This document shows, one piece after another, positions 40,915 through 50,500 of a stretch of DNA of 64,000 nt (the stretch's first letter is position 1; every line of letters starts with the position of its first letter). The stretch spans positions 800,001 to 864,000 of the forward strand of contig CBDANF010000002.1 in NCBI GenBank assembly GCA_965197475.1, in the 5' to 3' direction. The translations under genes were made by a program, and so were the position numbers. The DNA is from Candidatus Poribacteria bacterium. GTDB taxonomy: Bacteria; Poribacteria; WGA-4E; WGA-3G. The notes beneath the pieces are model-generated. The model was not told the DNA's origin. It did no database searches and saw nothing but the letters and a program-made list of their open reading frames with translations.

Positions 40915-42341
40915 AGTAATTTAGATGCAACCTCTGCTGCGGTTTCAATCAAGCGTTGCTGCTCTGTTTCATAAAGTGTGCGGACATCAAACCATAATTG
41001 ATCATCTTCAATCCGACCAATGATAGGAGTGCTTCCACGTCTAAAATGCTCGGAGAGTTTTTCGGCAGAAATCGTTTGTGGTGCAAGCACAACAGCAATG
41101 CTTGGCAATGTCTCAACCGGCAGGGACCCACTTCCAATTTGCGACTGCGTTTGGGATACCTCAACCGAAACTATTTTTCCGAAAATCACTTTGAGTCTAT
41201 CAGCAATTTGTTCTGCAGTAATGTGTAATTCATCAATAGACCGAGTGTAGCGGTGAAGCATTGGGAATTGTTCTGTGATTGTGTCTTGAGTGAGGTAAGC
41301 CTGTAAGGTCGCCGACAATGCTGCGATGGTCAGTTTATCAACGCGTAGTGCGCGCATCAACGGATTCCTTCGAATCTGCTGAATCCACTCAGATTTCCCA
41401 ACAATGATGCCCGCCTGCGGTCCTCCTAACAATTTGTCACCGCTAAAAGTGACAATGTCAACCCCACAAGCAATTCTATCGGCAACAACGGGTTCGTGAG
41501 GAAGTCCATATTGTGATAGATCAATTAGTGCGCCACTACCTAAATCTTCCATCGTTGGAATGCTATGTTCAGCACCAAGTTCTGTTAATTCCTGCATATC
41601 AGGTGTTGTGCTAAAACCAACAATCTTATAATTACTTGGATGCACTTTTAATATAAGTGCCGTATTTTCGTTAATTGCTTCAGCATAATCACGGAGATGC
41701 GTCCGATTTGTCGTTCCTACCTCTCTGAGAATAGCCCCACTGGATGCCATCACGTCAGGGATTCGAAAGGCACCGCCGATTTCAATTAGTTCCCCGCGTG
41801 ATACGATGACCTCTCTATCTTTAGCAAGGGTTTGCAATGTAATTAACACCGCGGCAGCATTGTTATTGACAACAGTTGACGCTTCACAGTCTGTTAATTG
41901 TTGAAGGAGCGGCTCGGTAATGCGGTCACGGTGTCCTCGCTTCCCTGTTTCTAAGTCATATTCCAGGTTAACATAATTCTGTGCGGCATTTTGAAGGCTT
42001 TCACATGCAGATGGAGCTAATAAAGATCGACCAAGATTTGTATGCGTTACAGTTCCAGTTACATTAACGACTGCGCGGAGTTTCGGACAGGTTCTCTCAT
42101 CAATGAGTTGGTGGACTAACCTCGCGTATCCTTCTGGTTCGGGTAATTTTAGTTCAGTGTTTCCATTTAGAATTTGGCTTCGGAAATCTGAAACAATTAA
42201 CCGCAGAGCATTTGTTACCAATGTCCGTGAAAAAGATGCTTGCAGTTCCTGCATCTCCGGTAGCGATAAGAGTTTTTCAATCGCGGGGAGCTGTTGTAGT
42301 GCGTTCTTATAGTTGGTTTGTTCACATGTTTTTGTTGTCAA
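40911..42341 (-). CDS. selA: L-seryl-tRNA(Sec) selenium transferase
   Basis: HTNLGR, NLEYDL..GKRG.R, VNNNAAAV, SRGELIEIGGAFRIPDVM, EVGTTNRT, FSGDKLLGGPQAG. Confidence 0.96.
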   Translation of the reverse strand: MTTKTCEQTNYKNALQQLPAIEKLLSLPEMQELQASFSRTLVTNALRLIVSDFRSQILNGNTELKLPEPEGYARLVHQLIDERTCPKLRAVVNVTGTVTHTNLGRSLLAPSACESLQNAAQNYVNLEYDLETGKRGHRDRITEPLLQQLTDCEASTVVNNNAAAVLITLQTLAKDREVIVSRGELIEIGGAFRIPDVMASSGAILREVGTTNRTHLRDYAEAINENTALILKVHPSNYKIVGFSTTPDMQELTELGAEHSIPTMEDLGSGALIDLSQYGLPHEPVVADRIACGVDIVTFSGDKLLGGPQAGIIVGKSEWIQQIRRNPLMRALRVDKLTIAALSATLQAYLTQDTITEQFPMLHRYTRSIDELHITAEQIADRLKVIFGKIVSVEVSQTQSQIGSGSLPVETLPSIAVVLAPQTISAEKLSEHFRRGSTPIIGRIEDDQLWFDVRTLYETEQQRLIETAAEVASKLL

Positions 42342-42452
42342 CTTCTTTTCCCAATGTAAAAATAGTGTTCCATATATGTTCGTATGGAGATAAATTCTAT
42401 CAAATTAGTCTTCAAATGTCAATCTAAAGTGTGAAAGATTCAGTATGGCAAT

Positions 42453-42481
42453 TTGACAACGCGGTTTTTGTATGGTATAAT
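42453..42481 (+). promoter_or_regulatory. Consensus sigma70 promoter of the higB-TPR operon
   Basis: TTGACA-17nt-TATAAT with TG extension. Confidence 0.75.
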
Positions 42482-42811
42482 GGTTAGAATTAATTGATCT
42501 GATATAACTACCCAAGGAGCGGACACTCTCTGTAATTACCTGATGCGTATCACCGGACGAAGAAAACTGGAAGAATTTGCAAAAAGACATTCAACTGCCA
42601 GACAACGACTTCAGCGGTGGTATGAGTTGATGGAGGACGGGACTTTTGAGTCTATTGTTGATTTGCGTGATACGTTTCTTCAAGCAGATCCAGTTCGAGT
42701 ACGTCCAGGAAAGTTAAGTCATCCAGGGGAAAGAACAACATTGACAGTTTTCAACATTGGTAGAAATGTACGTCTTATCGCATTTATCAATTATAGAATA
42801 CAAGAAGTTTC

Positions 42812-43797
42812 CGCTCATGTCAAGAGTAAGTGCTTTTGACGAGTTTTGCTATAAAATCAACACTGACAGCTTTTAGATTCATGACGAACTCACAGATTGC
42901 GACGTAACCGGCGAGGAACTTTTTATGAACGCCACGAAAGGGACGAAGGAAGTTTCGCAGCGTCGTCCAGGCACCTTCAATCGTCCTTGTATGGATCTCG
43001 TAAAGACCATCACCGTCTGCGTCTCTTGCCCACTCGCCATCCTTATGGAGAACAATCTCACGGGCGCGCTGAATACGGTTATAGCCACGCCAACCATCCG
43101 TATACACCGTTGAAGTCGGCAACGTCCACTGATGAACGTGTGTTGAAAGCGTCGCAGAATCGGTGTGCCGCACAACACGTAATCTCAGGAGACCGCTTTC
43201 GCGACCTTTCGTCCCAACAATAGGCGGACGATCATTGTCATAAGTCCCATGTCCCCTGCGTTTATTGCCACGCCGACGCGGCGGATCCGAAGCATCAACG
43301 TGCTTATCGCCTTTTTCACCGGCGTTTTGAAACATCTCATCTGTTTCGACTTCAGCATCAGGTAAAGCAGCTTCGGGTTGTATCTGCTCTGCCGAAGTTT
43401 GGAGTTTACGTCTTATAGAAAGAACGGTTTGACGACTTAGACCCAATTCACGCCCGAGTTGTGCACTTGAAACACCTTGACAGACACCGCGCAAAAGCAG
43501 AACGACCTGTGAGGGACGAAACTGCGTGCCAGCAAAGACCGTCCCGGTATAGAGGTTGTAGATGCTCTCACAGTGTTTGCAGCGATACACTTGTAGACCA
43601 CTTGTTTCAGTCGGACGGAACTTGCGTGCCTCCGCCACGCTCGCTTGGCATTTTGGGCAACACAGCCCTTGAAGGTGGAAATGATCCAACACCCACGCTT
43701 GAGTTTTTTCTTCATCCATGAGAGATTGTATTGGAAAGTCCATAGGTAACACTCTAACATAACTTTGAAAAAATAGCACTTACTTTTTACATGAGCC
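42812..43797 (-). mobile_element. IS1595-family insertion sequence (986 bp)
   Basis: Terminal inverted repeats CGCTCATGTCAAGAGTAAGTGCT and AGCACTTACTTTTTACATGAGCC. 8-bp target duplication GAAGTTTC at 42804-42811 and 43798-43805. Confidence 0.92.
42820..43743 (-). CDS. IS1595-family transposase
   Basis: Zn ribbon CPKC..CKHC, HTH, VETDEM, VYTDGW..Y, HT.TIEG.W..LR..L..FRGVHK. Confidence 0.9.
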   Translation of the reverse strand: MDFPIQSLMDEEKTQAWVLDHFHLQGLCCPKCQASVAEARKFRPTETSGLQVYRCKHCESIYNLYTGTVFAGTQFRPSQVVLLLRGVCQGVSSAQLGRELGLSRQTVLSIRRKLQTSAEQIQPEAALPDAEVETDEMFQNAGEKGDKHVDASDPPRRRGNKRRGHGTYDNDRPPIVGTKGRESGLLRLRVVRHTDSATLSTHVHQWTLPTSTVYTDGWRGYNRIQRAREIVLHKDGEWARDADGDGLYEIHTRTIEGAWTTLRNFLRPFRGVHKKFLAGYVAICEFVMNLKAVSVDFIAKLVKSTYS

Positions 43798-43863
43798 GAA
43801 GTTTCTATTAGACACGTGATCACGCACGAAGAATATGATAAAGGCAGCTGGAAGAGGTAAACT

Positions 43864-45456
43864 ATGTTGATGGAAACACAATCTACATTCAATGCATCGT
43901 CAATGCTAAGGAATTTGGGATCAGATTTCGCACCCTCCGATGTAATTCGGAGCAGCTCTCAATTGTTCGCGAGTTCTGAACCAATTCAAATTCAGACACA
44001 CATTCACCAACCCTTTTCGGTTGTGACCACAACTTACCCTGAAAGTGCCTATCAATGGTTAGTAGAGGTGTTAGATGGATTAATTGATTTTGGGAATCGA
44101 CACGGACACTTCGGTGTCATCAATTTGACAGAAGACGAATATCAGTGGCTTGATGAGATATTAGAAGAATTAATCTATTCCGTTGGTGAGAATGAAAATC
44201 ACATATTAGCACCATTGATGGAATTTGTTATTCGTCTCATTAGCAGCTATGAGGATGCTTATGTTCCGAAACTGACAAATCAGTTTTCAAAGTTGGCAGA
44301 AGAAGGAACAATTAAAACCGGAACTGAAGATGAACTCGCTGCGCATTCCTTCTTCTCAATTGGTTATCTTCTTTGTCAAGGGAAACAAACAGAAAAAGCA
44401 CTTTCTGCTTATGATAAGGCAATTGCACTGAAACCTAATTTTTGGATAGCTTATAACAATAGAGGTGGCTTACTGCAGGAACTTTGCCAATACGATGAAG
44501 CGATTTCTGACTTGGGAAAAGCAATCAGTTTTGCTCCTGATTTTGCCGAACTTTACGTTAACAGAGGTTGTGCAAAAGGCAAATCTGGTCAAGATAAATC
44601 TGCTAAAAACCGGCTTGGCAAATATCAAGCTGCTATTGCCGATTTTGATAAGGCAATCAAGTTAGGACTTAACTCTGCTAATGCTTACTACAACCGTGCT
44701 CTTGCAAATAACTCGCTAGATAAACATGATGTTGTTATAACCGACTGCAACAAGGCAATTCAGATAAATCCAGCTTTTGTGAAAGCCTATAATCTGCGAG
44801 GATATTCACACGGTGTTCTTGGGCAACCAACTGATGCATTATCGGATTTTAACCATGTGATTCGTTTGGATCCTGAAAATGCAAAAGGTCATTTTTTTCG
44901 AGGAAAAGCAAATAAAGAACTTAGCAAATATATTGATGCTCTTGCGGACTATGATAAAGCAATTAATCTTGATCTAAATAATGCGGACGCATATTATGAT
45001 AGAGGATATGTATATGCTCAGCTTGAAAAATACGAAGATGCTCTTGCGGATTTTGATGAAGCAATCCGTCTCAACTCGAATCATGCTGAAGCATACAATT
45101 TCCGAGGATTGGTGAAAGTTATGCTTGAGCAGTATGAAGATGCTCTTGCGGATTTTGATGAAACAATCTGTCTCAGTCCGGACTATGCAAAAGCATACGA
45201 TAGTCGAGGAATGTTGAAAACTATACTTAAGCAGTATGAAGATGCTCTTGCGGATTATACTGAGGCTATTCGCATAAAACCTGATTTTACAGAAGCCTAT
45301 GCTCATCGTGCTGCTATAATGGCGGATTTAGGAAACGTTGAAGAAGCTAGAAATAATCTCAAAATTGCTTTGGAACTTGCAGAACAGCAAGGACAAGAAG
45401 ATCTCAAAGCCATTATTGAGGAGCAGCTCCAAGAACTCAACAATTCAACACCGTAG
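43864..45456 (+). CDS. HigA-like N-terminal domain fused to TPR repeats
   Basis: TEDEYQWLDEILEELIYSVGENENHILAPLMEFVIRLISSYED followed by about ten 34-aa AY.NRG...A..DF..AI repeats. Starts 3 nt after the higB stop. Confidence 0.8.
   Translation: MLMETQSTFNASSMLRNLGSDFAPSDVIRSSSQLFASSEPIQIQTHIHQPFSVVTTTYPESAYQWLVEVLDGLIDFGNRHGHFGVINLTEDEYQWLDEILEELIYSVGENENHILAPLMEFVIRLISSYEDAYVPKLTNQFSKLAEEGTIKTGTEDELAAHSFFSIGYLLCQGKQTEKALSAYDKAIALKPNFWIAYNNRGGLLQELCQYDEAISDLGKAISFAPDFAELYVNRGCAKGKSGQDKSAKNRLGKYQAAIADFDKAIKLGLNSANAYYNRALANNSLDKHDVVITDCNKAIQINPAFVKAYNLRGYSHGVLGQPTDALSDFNHVIRLDPENAKGHFFRGKANKELSKYIDALADYDKAINLDLNNADAYYDRGYVYAQLEKYEDALADFDEAIRLNSNHAEAYNFRGLVKVMLEQYEDALADFDETICLSPDYAKAYDSRGMLKTILKQYEDALADYTEAIRIKPDFTEAYAHRAAIMADLGNVEEARNNLKIALELAEQQGQEDLKAIIEEQLQELNNSTP
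44935..45260 (+). repeat. 102-nt-period near-identical TPR coding repeats
   Basis: GATGCTCTTGCGGA at 44935, 45037, 45139 and 45241. Confidence 0.8.
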
Positions 45457-45524
45457 GGTCGTGAAAACTGAACCATAATCTACAAATTAAATAGAGGAAA
45501 GGGGAGGAAAATCCAAAGATAATT

Positions 45525-45980
45525 ATGACATATAAAGTTTTAGCAACCCTTATTGCTTTAATCTGTTTCGGCTGCGGTGCTGATACGGATATTGATACAG
45601 AAATTCCGCGTATTCTTGACACGCGGGTTGTCCAAATCCGTGAAGCCCCAAATCCACGCCAGTTGGATATTGATTTTGAGGTGATTTTCTCATCAGCACC
45701 TGTTAATTTAACAGTTGATTGTGGAAATTCTGCATTTCTTGACTGGGAACAACACAGTAATGTTGTTTCACTATATTTCAGAACTACTAAATTTAGGTGT
45801 GCCAGCACTCCTGCGGAACCGATCCCATGTTCGCCTGAAACTTTACGGACAATTAGGGAAAACCCACAAGGTGTGCTTGAGAGAACCTATAAATGCACAT
45901 TTGTTTGGGATACGGGACGGCAACATGTATCGTTGAAAGCAGTCCTACCCATAGAATTGGCTATCTATACACCTGAGTGA
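45525..45980 (+). CDS. Hypothetical lipoprotein
   Basis: Basic-hydrophobic N-terminus with lipobox-like CFGC. GGAGG upstream. Confidence 0.6.
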   Translation: MTYKVLATLIALICFGCGADTDIDTEIPRILDTRVVQIREAPNPRQLDIDFEVIFSSAPVNLTVDCGNSAFLDWEQHSNVVSLYFRTTKFRCASTPAEPIPCSPETLRTIRENPQGVLERTYKCTFVWDTGRQHVSLKAVLPIELAIYTPE

Positions 45981-46078
45981 TAAATATTATACATATCTGT
46001 CAGAACATGTATAATTTTCTTGATTTTTTATACATATAGGGAAACACCCCCGCTGAATGCGCGTGTGACATTCAGCGG

Positions 46079-46260
46079 GGGTGTGTAAAGTTTTGGTTAC
46101 TGTCCGTAGGGGCGGGGTCTCCCCGCCCGAACAGAAGTTTTACGTGGGCGAGGAAACCTCGCCCCTACAATGTCCACAGTTCCTAACGTCAGGCAATCTT
46201 TGATAGAAACTTTACATACTTCTTTTTATATCAGGGTTTCTACAAAAACTTTACACACCC
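46079..46260. mobile_element. 182-bp MITE carrying a REP doublet
   Basis: Inverted repeats GGGTGTGTAAAGTTTT / AAAACTTTACACACCC. 9-bp target duplication ATTCAGCGG at 46070-46078 and 46261-46269. Internal GTAGGGGCGGGG..CTCGCCCCTAC. Confidence 0.85.
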
Positions 46261-46447
46261 ATTCAGCGGTTTTCTGTTGCAAATTTTTGCAAAATTTTAT
46301 ACACTATTTTACTATTAGAGTCGATAGATTAACTGGTGATATTCGACAAATTGTACCTTATGCTCCGTTTGCACAGGAAAAACTTGACCCTTTCACACTT
46401 ATGGCAGAGTCATACACCTCGTCAACAAGAGTATCTCTATGGAATAT

Positions 46448-47827
46448 ATGAACAGAAAAACCGATAAACCGAACGTTTTCTTTATCATGTCAGATCAGCA
46501 TCGATACGACTATCTGGAAACAGATGAGAATGCCCCGGATGCCCTCAACACCCCAAACTTACGCAGATTAGCAGAAATGGGTGTAAATTTCCCAAACTGC
46601 ACTGTGAATGCACCTGTCTGTGCACCATCCCGGATTGGTTTAGCATCTGGAATACACCCCTCGCGTTTGGGATCCCTGGGTAATGGTAGTTTTTATCCAA
46701 CATCCGTTCCAACATATTATCAGCAGCTCCGAGACCATGGGTATCGCGTTGGGTGTGTGGGCAAACTTGACCTTGCAAAACCGGATGGATATAATGGACG
46801 ATACGGCGACCGCCCCCGCACTTACAACTGGGGATTCACGCATCCTGAAGAATGCGAAGGCAAGATGCATGCTGGCGGCTCCGCAACGCCTATTGGACCC
46901 TATACACATTATCTACAAGAGAAAGGATTGTTAGAGAAATTTCATCAAGATTACCGGAACCGACGTTCTTCTGGTGGTTGGATAAAAAACGGGTCGTATG
47001 ATTCTGTGCTTCCGACTGAGGATTTTGAGGATTCATATATCGGCAAACGCTCAACCAAATTTATTGAAAATATACCGGATGACTTTCCGTGGCACTTGTT
47101 CGTTAGTTTCGTGGGACCGCACGATCCGTTTGATCCGCCGACTGAATATAGTGATAAATACCGAAATGCAGATATGCCAGGTGCTATTGTGGATAACATG
47201 GAAGGAAAACCGGAATGGGTGAAAAAACGCACTGTCAATATTACACCCAAAGAAATTGCTGTTACGCGACAACAGTACTGTGCTGCAACAGAACTGATTG
47301 ACGACCAGATTGGTAATATGTTGCGTGCGTTGGAAGAACGCGGCATGCTTGAAAATACCTATATTATCTATTCAAGCGACCATGGGGAAATGCTTGGTGA
47401 CCATGGGCTTTACACAAAAAGTTTGGCTTATGAGGCATCACTACGAGTCCCGCTTATCGTAGCAGGACCGGGAATAGAAGGTAATCGTGTCTCAAATGAG
47501 TTGGTAGAACTCATTGATGTCAATCCTACAATTTGCGATTTGGTGGGAGTACCAGTTTTAGAAAATATTGACGGACAATCAATCGGACCAGTGGTACGGG
47601 GAGAAACTGAAACCCATCGTTCAGAAACGGTCAGTCGACTGGGAAACTTCACTTGCATTCGGACACATACACATAAACTAATAGAAAGCAGTGATGGATT
47701 CGTGGAATTGTATAATCTTGAAGAGGATCCGGACGAATTACACAATATCGCTGAATCCGAAAAGAAGCTTGTTGAAGAATTACGTTCACTGATGGAAAGT
47801 CGTTATGGACCAAGTCTTGTTGATTAG
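46448..47827 (+). CDS. Sulfatase (Cys-type, choline-sulfatase-like)
   Basis: PNVFFIMSDQHR, CAPSR, PHDPF, SDHGEMLGDHG. Confidence 0.92.
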   Translation: MNRKTDKPNVFFIMSDQHRYDYLETDENAPDALNTPNLRRLAEMGVNFPNCTVNAPVCAPSRIGLASGIHPSRLGSLGNGSFYPTSVPTYYQQLRDHGYRVGCVGKLDLAKPDGYNGRYGDRPRTYNWGFTHPEECEGKMHAGGSATPIGPYTHYLQEKGLLEKFHQDYRNRRSSGGWIKNGSYDSVLPTEDFEDSYIGKRSTKFIENIPDDFPWHLFVSFVGPHDPFDPPTEYSDKYRNADMPGAIVDNMEGKPEWVKKRTVNITPKEIAVTRQQYCAATELIDDQIGNMLRALEERGMLENTYIIYSSDHGEMLGDHGLYTKSLAYEASLRVPLIVAGPGIEGNRVSNELVELIDVNPTICDLVGVPVLENIDGQSIGPVVRGETETHRSETVSRLGNFTCIRTHTHKLIESSDGFVELYNLEEDPDELHNIAESEKKLVEELRSLMESRYGPSLVD

Positions 47828-47843
47828 AATTGAGAAGAAATAG

Positions 47844-48476
47844 ATGGTAACAGGCGTTATCTTGGCAGGTGGAAAGAGTCGGCGGATGGGGCAAAATAAG
47901 GCACTGCTACGACTCGGCAACGAAACGCTCATCGGTCATGTTATCCGCCGTATACAATCCATCACAGATGAACTCCTGCTAATCACAAACAGTCCTGATG
48001 AATATACACATCTTGATGTTGTGATGCACAGTGATATTATCCCGAATGCAGGCGCGTTAGGGGGTATTCACGCAGGTCTAAACTATGCTTCGCAGGAAAC
48101 AGTGATCTGTGTTGGCTGTGATAATCCCTTTTTAGAGCAAAATTTGCTCATCTATCACGTCTCTGTTTTAGGTGAACATGATGCTGTGATGCCCTATACT
48201 TACAAAGAGCTTTCCTCTGACAACAAGGATGTGCAAATTACCCTCCAAACATTGTGTGCCGTGTATTCTAAACGTTGCTTGCCGATTATTGAACAGATGC
48301 TGAATGAACATGACTTGCGCGTCCACGCGCTACAAGAACGCGCAAATGTCCTTACCCTCGCTCCAGAAATTTGGAAAACGTTTGATTCTGAAGGACACTC
48401 GTTTTTTAACGTCAACACGCCAGAAGATTTTGAAAAGGCACAAGTTATCTACGATACTTTGCACAAATTGGTATAA
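47844..48476 (+). CDS. mobA: Molybdenum cofactor guanylyltransferase
   Basis: VILAGGKSRRMGQNKA, GALGGI..GL, GCD.PF, FFNVNTPED. Confidence 0.9.
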   Translation: MVTGVILAGGKSRRMGQNKALLRLGNETLIGHVIRRIQSITDELLLITNSPDEYTHLDVVMHSDIIPNAGALGGIHAGLNYASQETVICVGCDNPFLEQNLLIYHVSVLGEHDAVMPYTYKELSSDNKDVQITLQTLCAVYSKRCLPIIEQMLNEHDLRVHALQERANVLTLAPEIWKTFDSEGHSFFNVNTPEDFEKAQVIYDTLHKLV

Positions 48477-48529
48477 AGATCGTAATTTTCAACTTTTTTC
48501 GTTTCAAAATTATTCTATTCACCAAAATA

Positions 48530-49685
48530 ATACCATTTCTGAATAATTATATTCCATTTGCGACTTTCGTGAAATATTTAAAATTTGTGATTTGAGCAAT
48601 AGCTGCCTTCGTATACTTTCTCAAGATTTGTGTGATTTTGTCCTGCATTTCCTCTATTGACCCCAATGTGTGCTGAAACAATTTGGCTTTGATGTCTTGC
48701 CAGAGTCTTTCGATCGGGTTCAACTCTGGACTATAAGGGGGTAGAAAAATCAAGGCGATATTGTCAGGAAGTTGTAGCGATTTCGCCTGATGAAAACGAC
48801 CATTATCAAGCACAAGGACATTTAGCGTCTTTGGAAAAGTCTTTGCTAACTCATCAATGCATACTTGGAAACAGACACCATTGAGCCAGGGCATTTCAAG
48901 GAAGAAACTTTCTCCTGTTATCGGTTCCACAGCTCCGTATAGATAAAGGCTCTGGTAAGTGTGATCAACATTGGCAATCGGTTTAACACCCCGTAAAGTG
49001 GGACGCCGAGACGACACAGGCAAAAGACCACACCTTGACTCGTCTTGGCAAAAAAGTCGGACGCTTTGAAAAGAAGATGCCTTCTCCGAAATCACCTCCT
49101 CAACTTTGGTAGCGAAGTTAGCAACGAACGCATCACACGCTACATCGTTTTTTTTATGACTTTTGCGAGGCACTTTGAGTTTCGCATTCCATTTATACCG
49201 AACTAACGCATGAACTGTTTTATAGTGCATTTTGACACCGAAGGTTTCTTCAATATAATCTGTTATCTGTTGATAACTGGAAAAACCTTCTGGTTTTTGA
49301 AGTTCCGCTCGCAGCAGCTCTTGTTGTTCTTTGGATAACCGAGGGGGACGCCCCGGGGAATAATCACGATCCAAAAGCGCATCAAGTCCTTCAGTCTCAT
49401 AAGTCGCTATCCAGTGTCCAATCGTTTTTCGGCTGCCACCTAACCTCTCAGCGACTTGCTTGCGAGTTATTGCTTGACCACTACGAAATAGGTAAAGGGC
49501 TGTCAATCTTTGCTTTTGATAACCTACTGATGTCTTTCTCAACAAGCTTTTCAACTCTGAAACACTTTCTGTAATCTGTGGAGGCTTTATGTGCATTGGT
49601 ATCAATCCTATGATTTGTATAATTGGAAAAAGTGTAGCAGAAATTGAAAACTTTTAAAAGGATAAATATATACAAGAAATGGTAT
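48530..49685 (-). mobile_element. IS630-family insertion sequence
   Basis: Inverted repeats ATACCATTTCT / AGAAATGGTAT flanked by TA dinucleotides. Confidence 0.85.
48547..49596 (-). CDS. IS630-family transposase (single reading frame)
   Basis: HTH domains, QDESR, VLDNG.FH, LPPYSPELNPIERLW. Confidence 0.92.
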   Translation of the reverse strand: MHIKPPQITESVSELKSLLRKTSVGYQKQRLTALYLFRSGQAITRKQVAERLGGSRKTIGHWIATYETEGLDALLDRDYSPGRPPRLSKEQQELLRAELQKPEGFSSYQQITDYIEETFGVKMHYKTVHALVRYKWNAKLKVPRKSHKKNDVACDAFVANFATKVEEVISEKASSFQSVRLFCQDESRCGLLPVSSRRPTLRGVKPIANVDHTYQSLYLYGAVEPITGESFFLEMPWLNGVCFQVCIDELAKTFPKTLNVLVLDNGRFHQAKSLQLPDNIALIFLPPYSPELNPIERLWQDIKAKLFQHTLGSIEEMQDKITQILRKYTKAAIAQITNFKYFTKVANGI

Positions 49686-49789
49686 TATCTACCGTATAAC
49701 CACATAATTCTTGGTTGACGGTTTATCTGTTATCTGATAAATTGGAGATACGGTATTCTATTTAAATTGCTGAAATAAAAACGCAACAA

Positions 49790-50500
49790 ATGAATTTTGC
49801 AGTGAGTACGTGTCTGATTGTTTTTGCTAAGAACCCGATCCCGAATCAAGTCAAAACACGGCTGCTTCCAGGAGTTTCCCCTGAACAAGCGGCATCGTTA
49901 TACCGTGCTTTTCTCATGGATTGGTGTGAGACCCTTGCCGAACTCTCAAATGTAGATTTAGTCGTCGCGTATACACCCCCAGAGAGTCTACCCGATTTAC
50001 AGGCGTTAATTGGGGACGATGTTAACTACATTCCACAAATAGGCACAGACCTCGGGGCACGTCTCACTTCTGCGACGCAGTGGGCATCCGAAAACGGATA
50101 TGAAAAGATTTTACTCGTCGGTTCCGACAGTCCAACACTACCTCTTTCGTACATCTCCCAGGCGATTTCAGGTCTTGACTCACGCGATATTGTTATCGGT
50201 CCAAGTGTAGATGGTGGTTATTACCTTATCAGTTTTTCATCAAAAAATCTCAATGTAATAGTTCCATTCATTTTTCAGGAAATTGCATGGAGTACCGCAC
50301 ATGTTTTTCGACAAACAATAGAACGTATTCATACCATAAAAGCCACACTCAAACTGCTACCGCCTTGGTACGACGTAGATACACCTGAAGATTTAGCATT
50401 TTTACAGGCACATCTCTCGGCGATGCGACTCGCAGATGGCACGGTGCAAGCAATTAGAACGGAAAGTTTGTTGTTAGAATTGTTAAAGGAGAATAAGTAA
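49790..50500 (+). CDS. TIGR04282/DUF2064 family glycosyltransferase-like protein
   Basis: FAK.P.P..VKTRL, Q.G.DLG.R, GSDSPTL, GPS.DGGYYLI, WYDVDTPEDL. Confidence 0.88.
   Translation: MNFAVSTCLIVFAKNPIPNQVKTRLLPGVSPEQAASLYRAFLMDWCETLAELSNVDLVVAYTPPESLPDLQALIGDDVNYIPQIGTDLGARLTSATQWASENGYEKILLVGSDSPTLPLSYISQAISGLDSRDIVIGPSVDGGYYLISFSSKNLNVIVPFIFQEIAWSTAHVFRQTIERIHTIKATLKLLPPWYDVDTPEDLAFLQAHLSAMRLADGTVQAIRTESLLLELLKENK

Larger units (their letters stand above)
42543..43860 (+). pseudogene. higB: HigB-family mRNA interferase toxin interrupted by IS1595
   Basis: MRITGRRKLEEF..L..WY..VFNIG.N.RLIA.INY. Removing the IS and one target duplication restores ..QEVSIRHVITHEEYDKGSWKR*, the canonical THxEYD..W end. 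Confidence 0.88.

Noticed and set aside
42341-42543. tRNA-Sec (selC) or SECIS near selA
   Set aside because: No cloverleaf, and I found no in-frame TGA selenoprotein. The region holds divergent promoters.
46170-46451. 93-aa ORF upstream of the sulfatase; similar short ORFs at 3511-3699, 5375-5704 and 28106-28288
   Set aside because: They overlap MITE/REP sequence or promoter DNA and lack protein-like features.
49140-49160. Programmed frameshift at the A8 run of the IS630 transposase
   Set aside because: The transposase is already continuous in one frame here.
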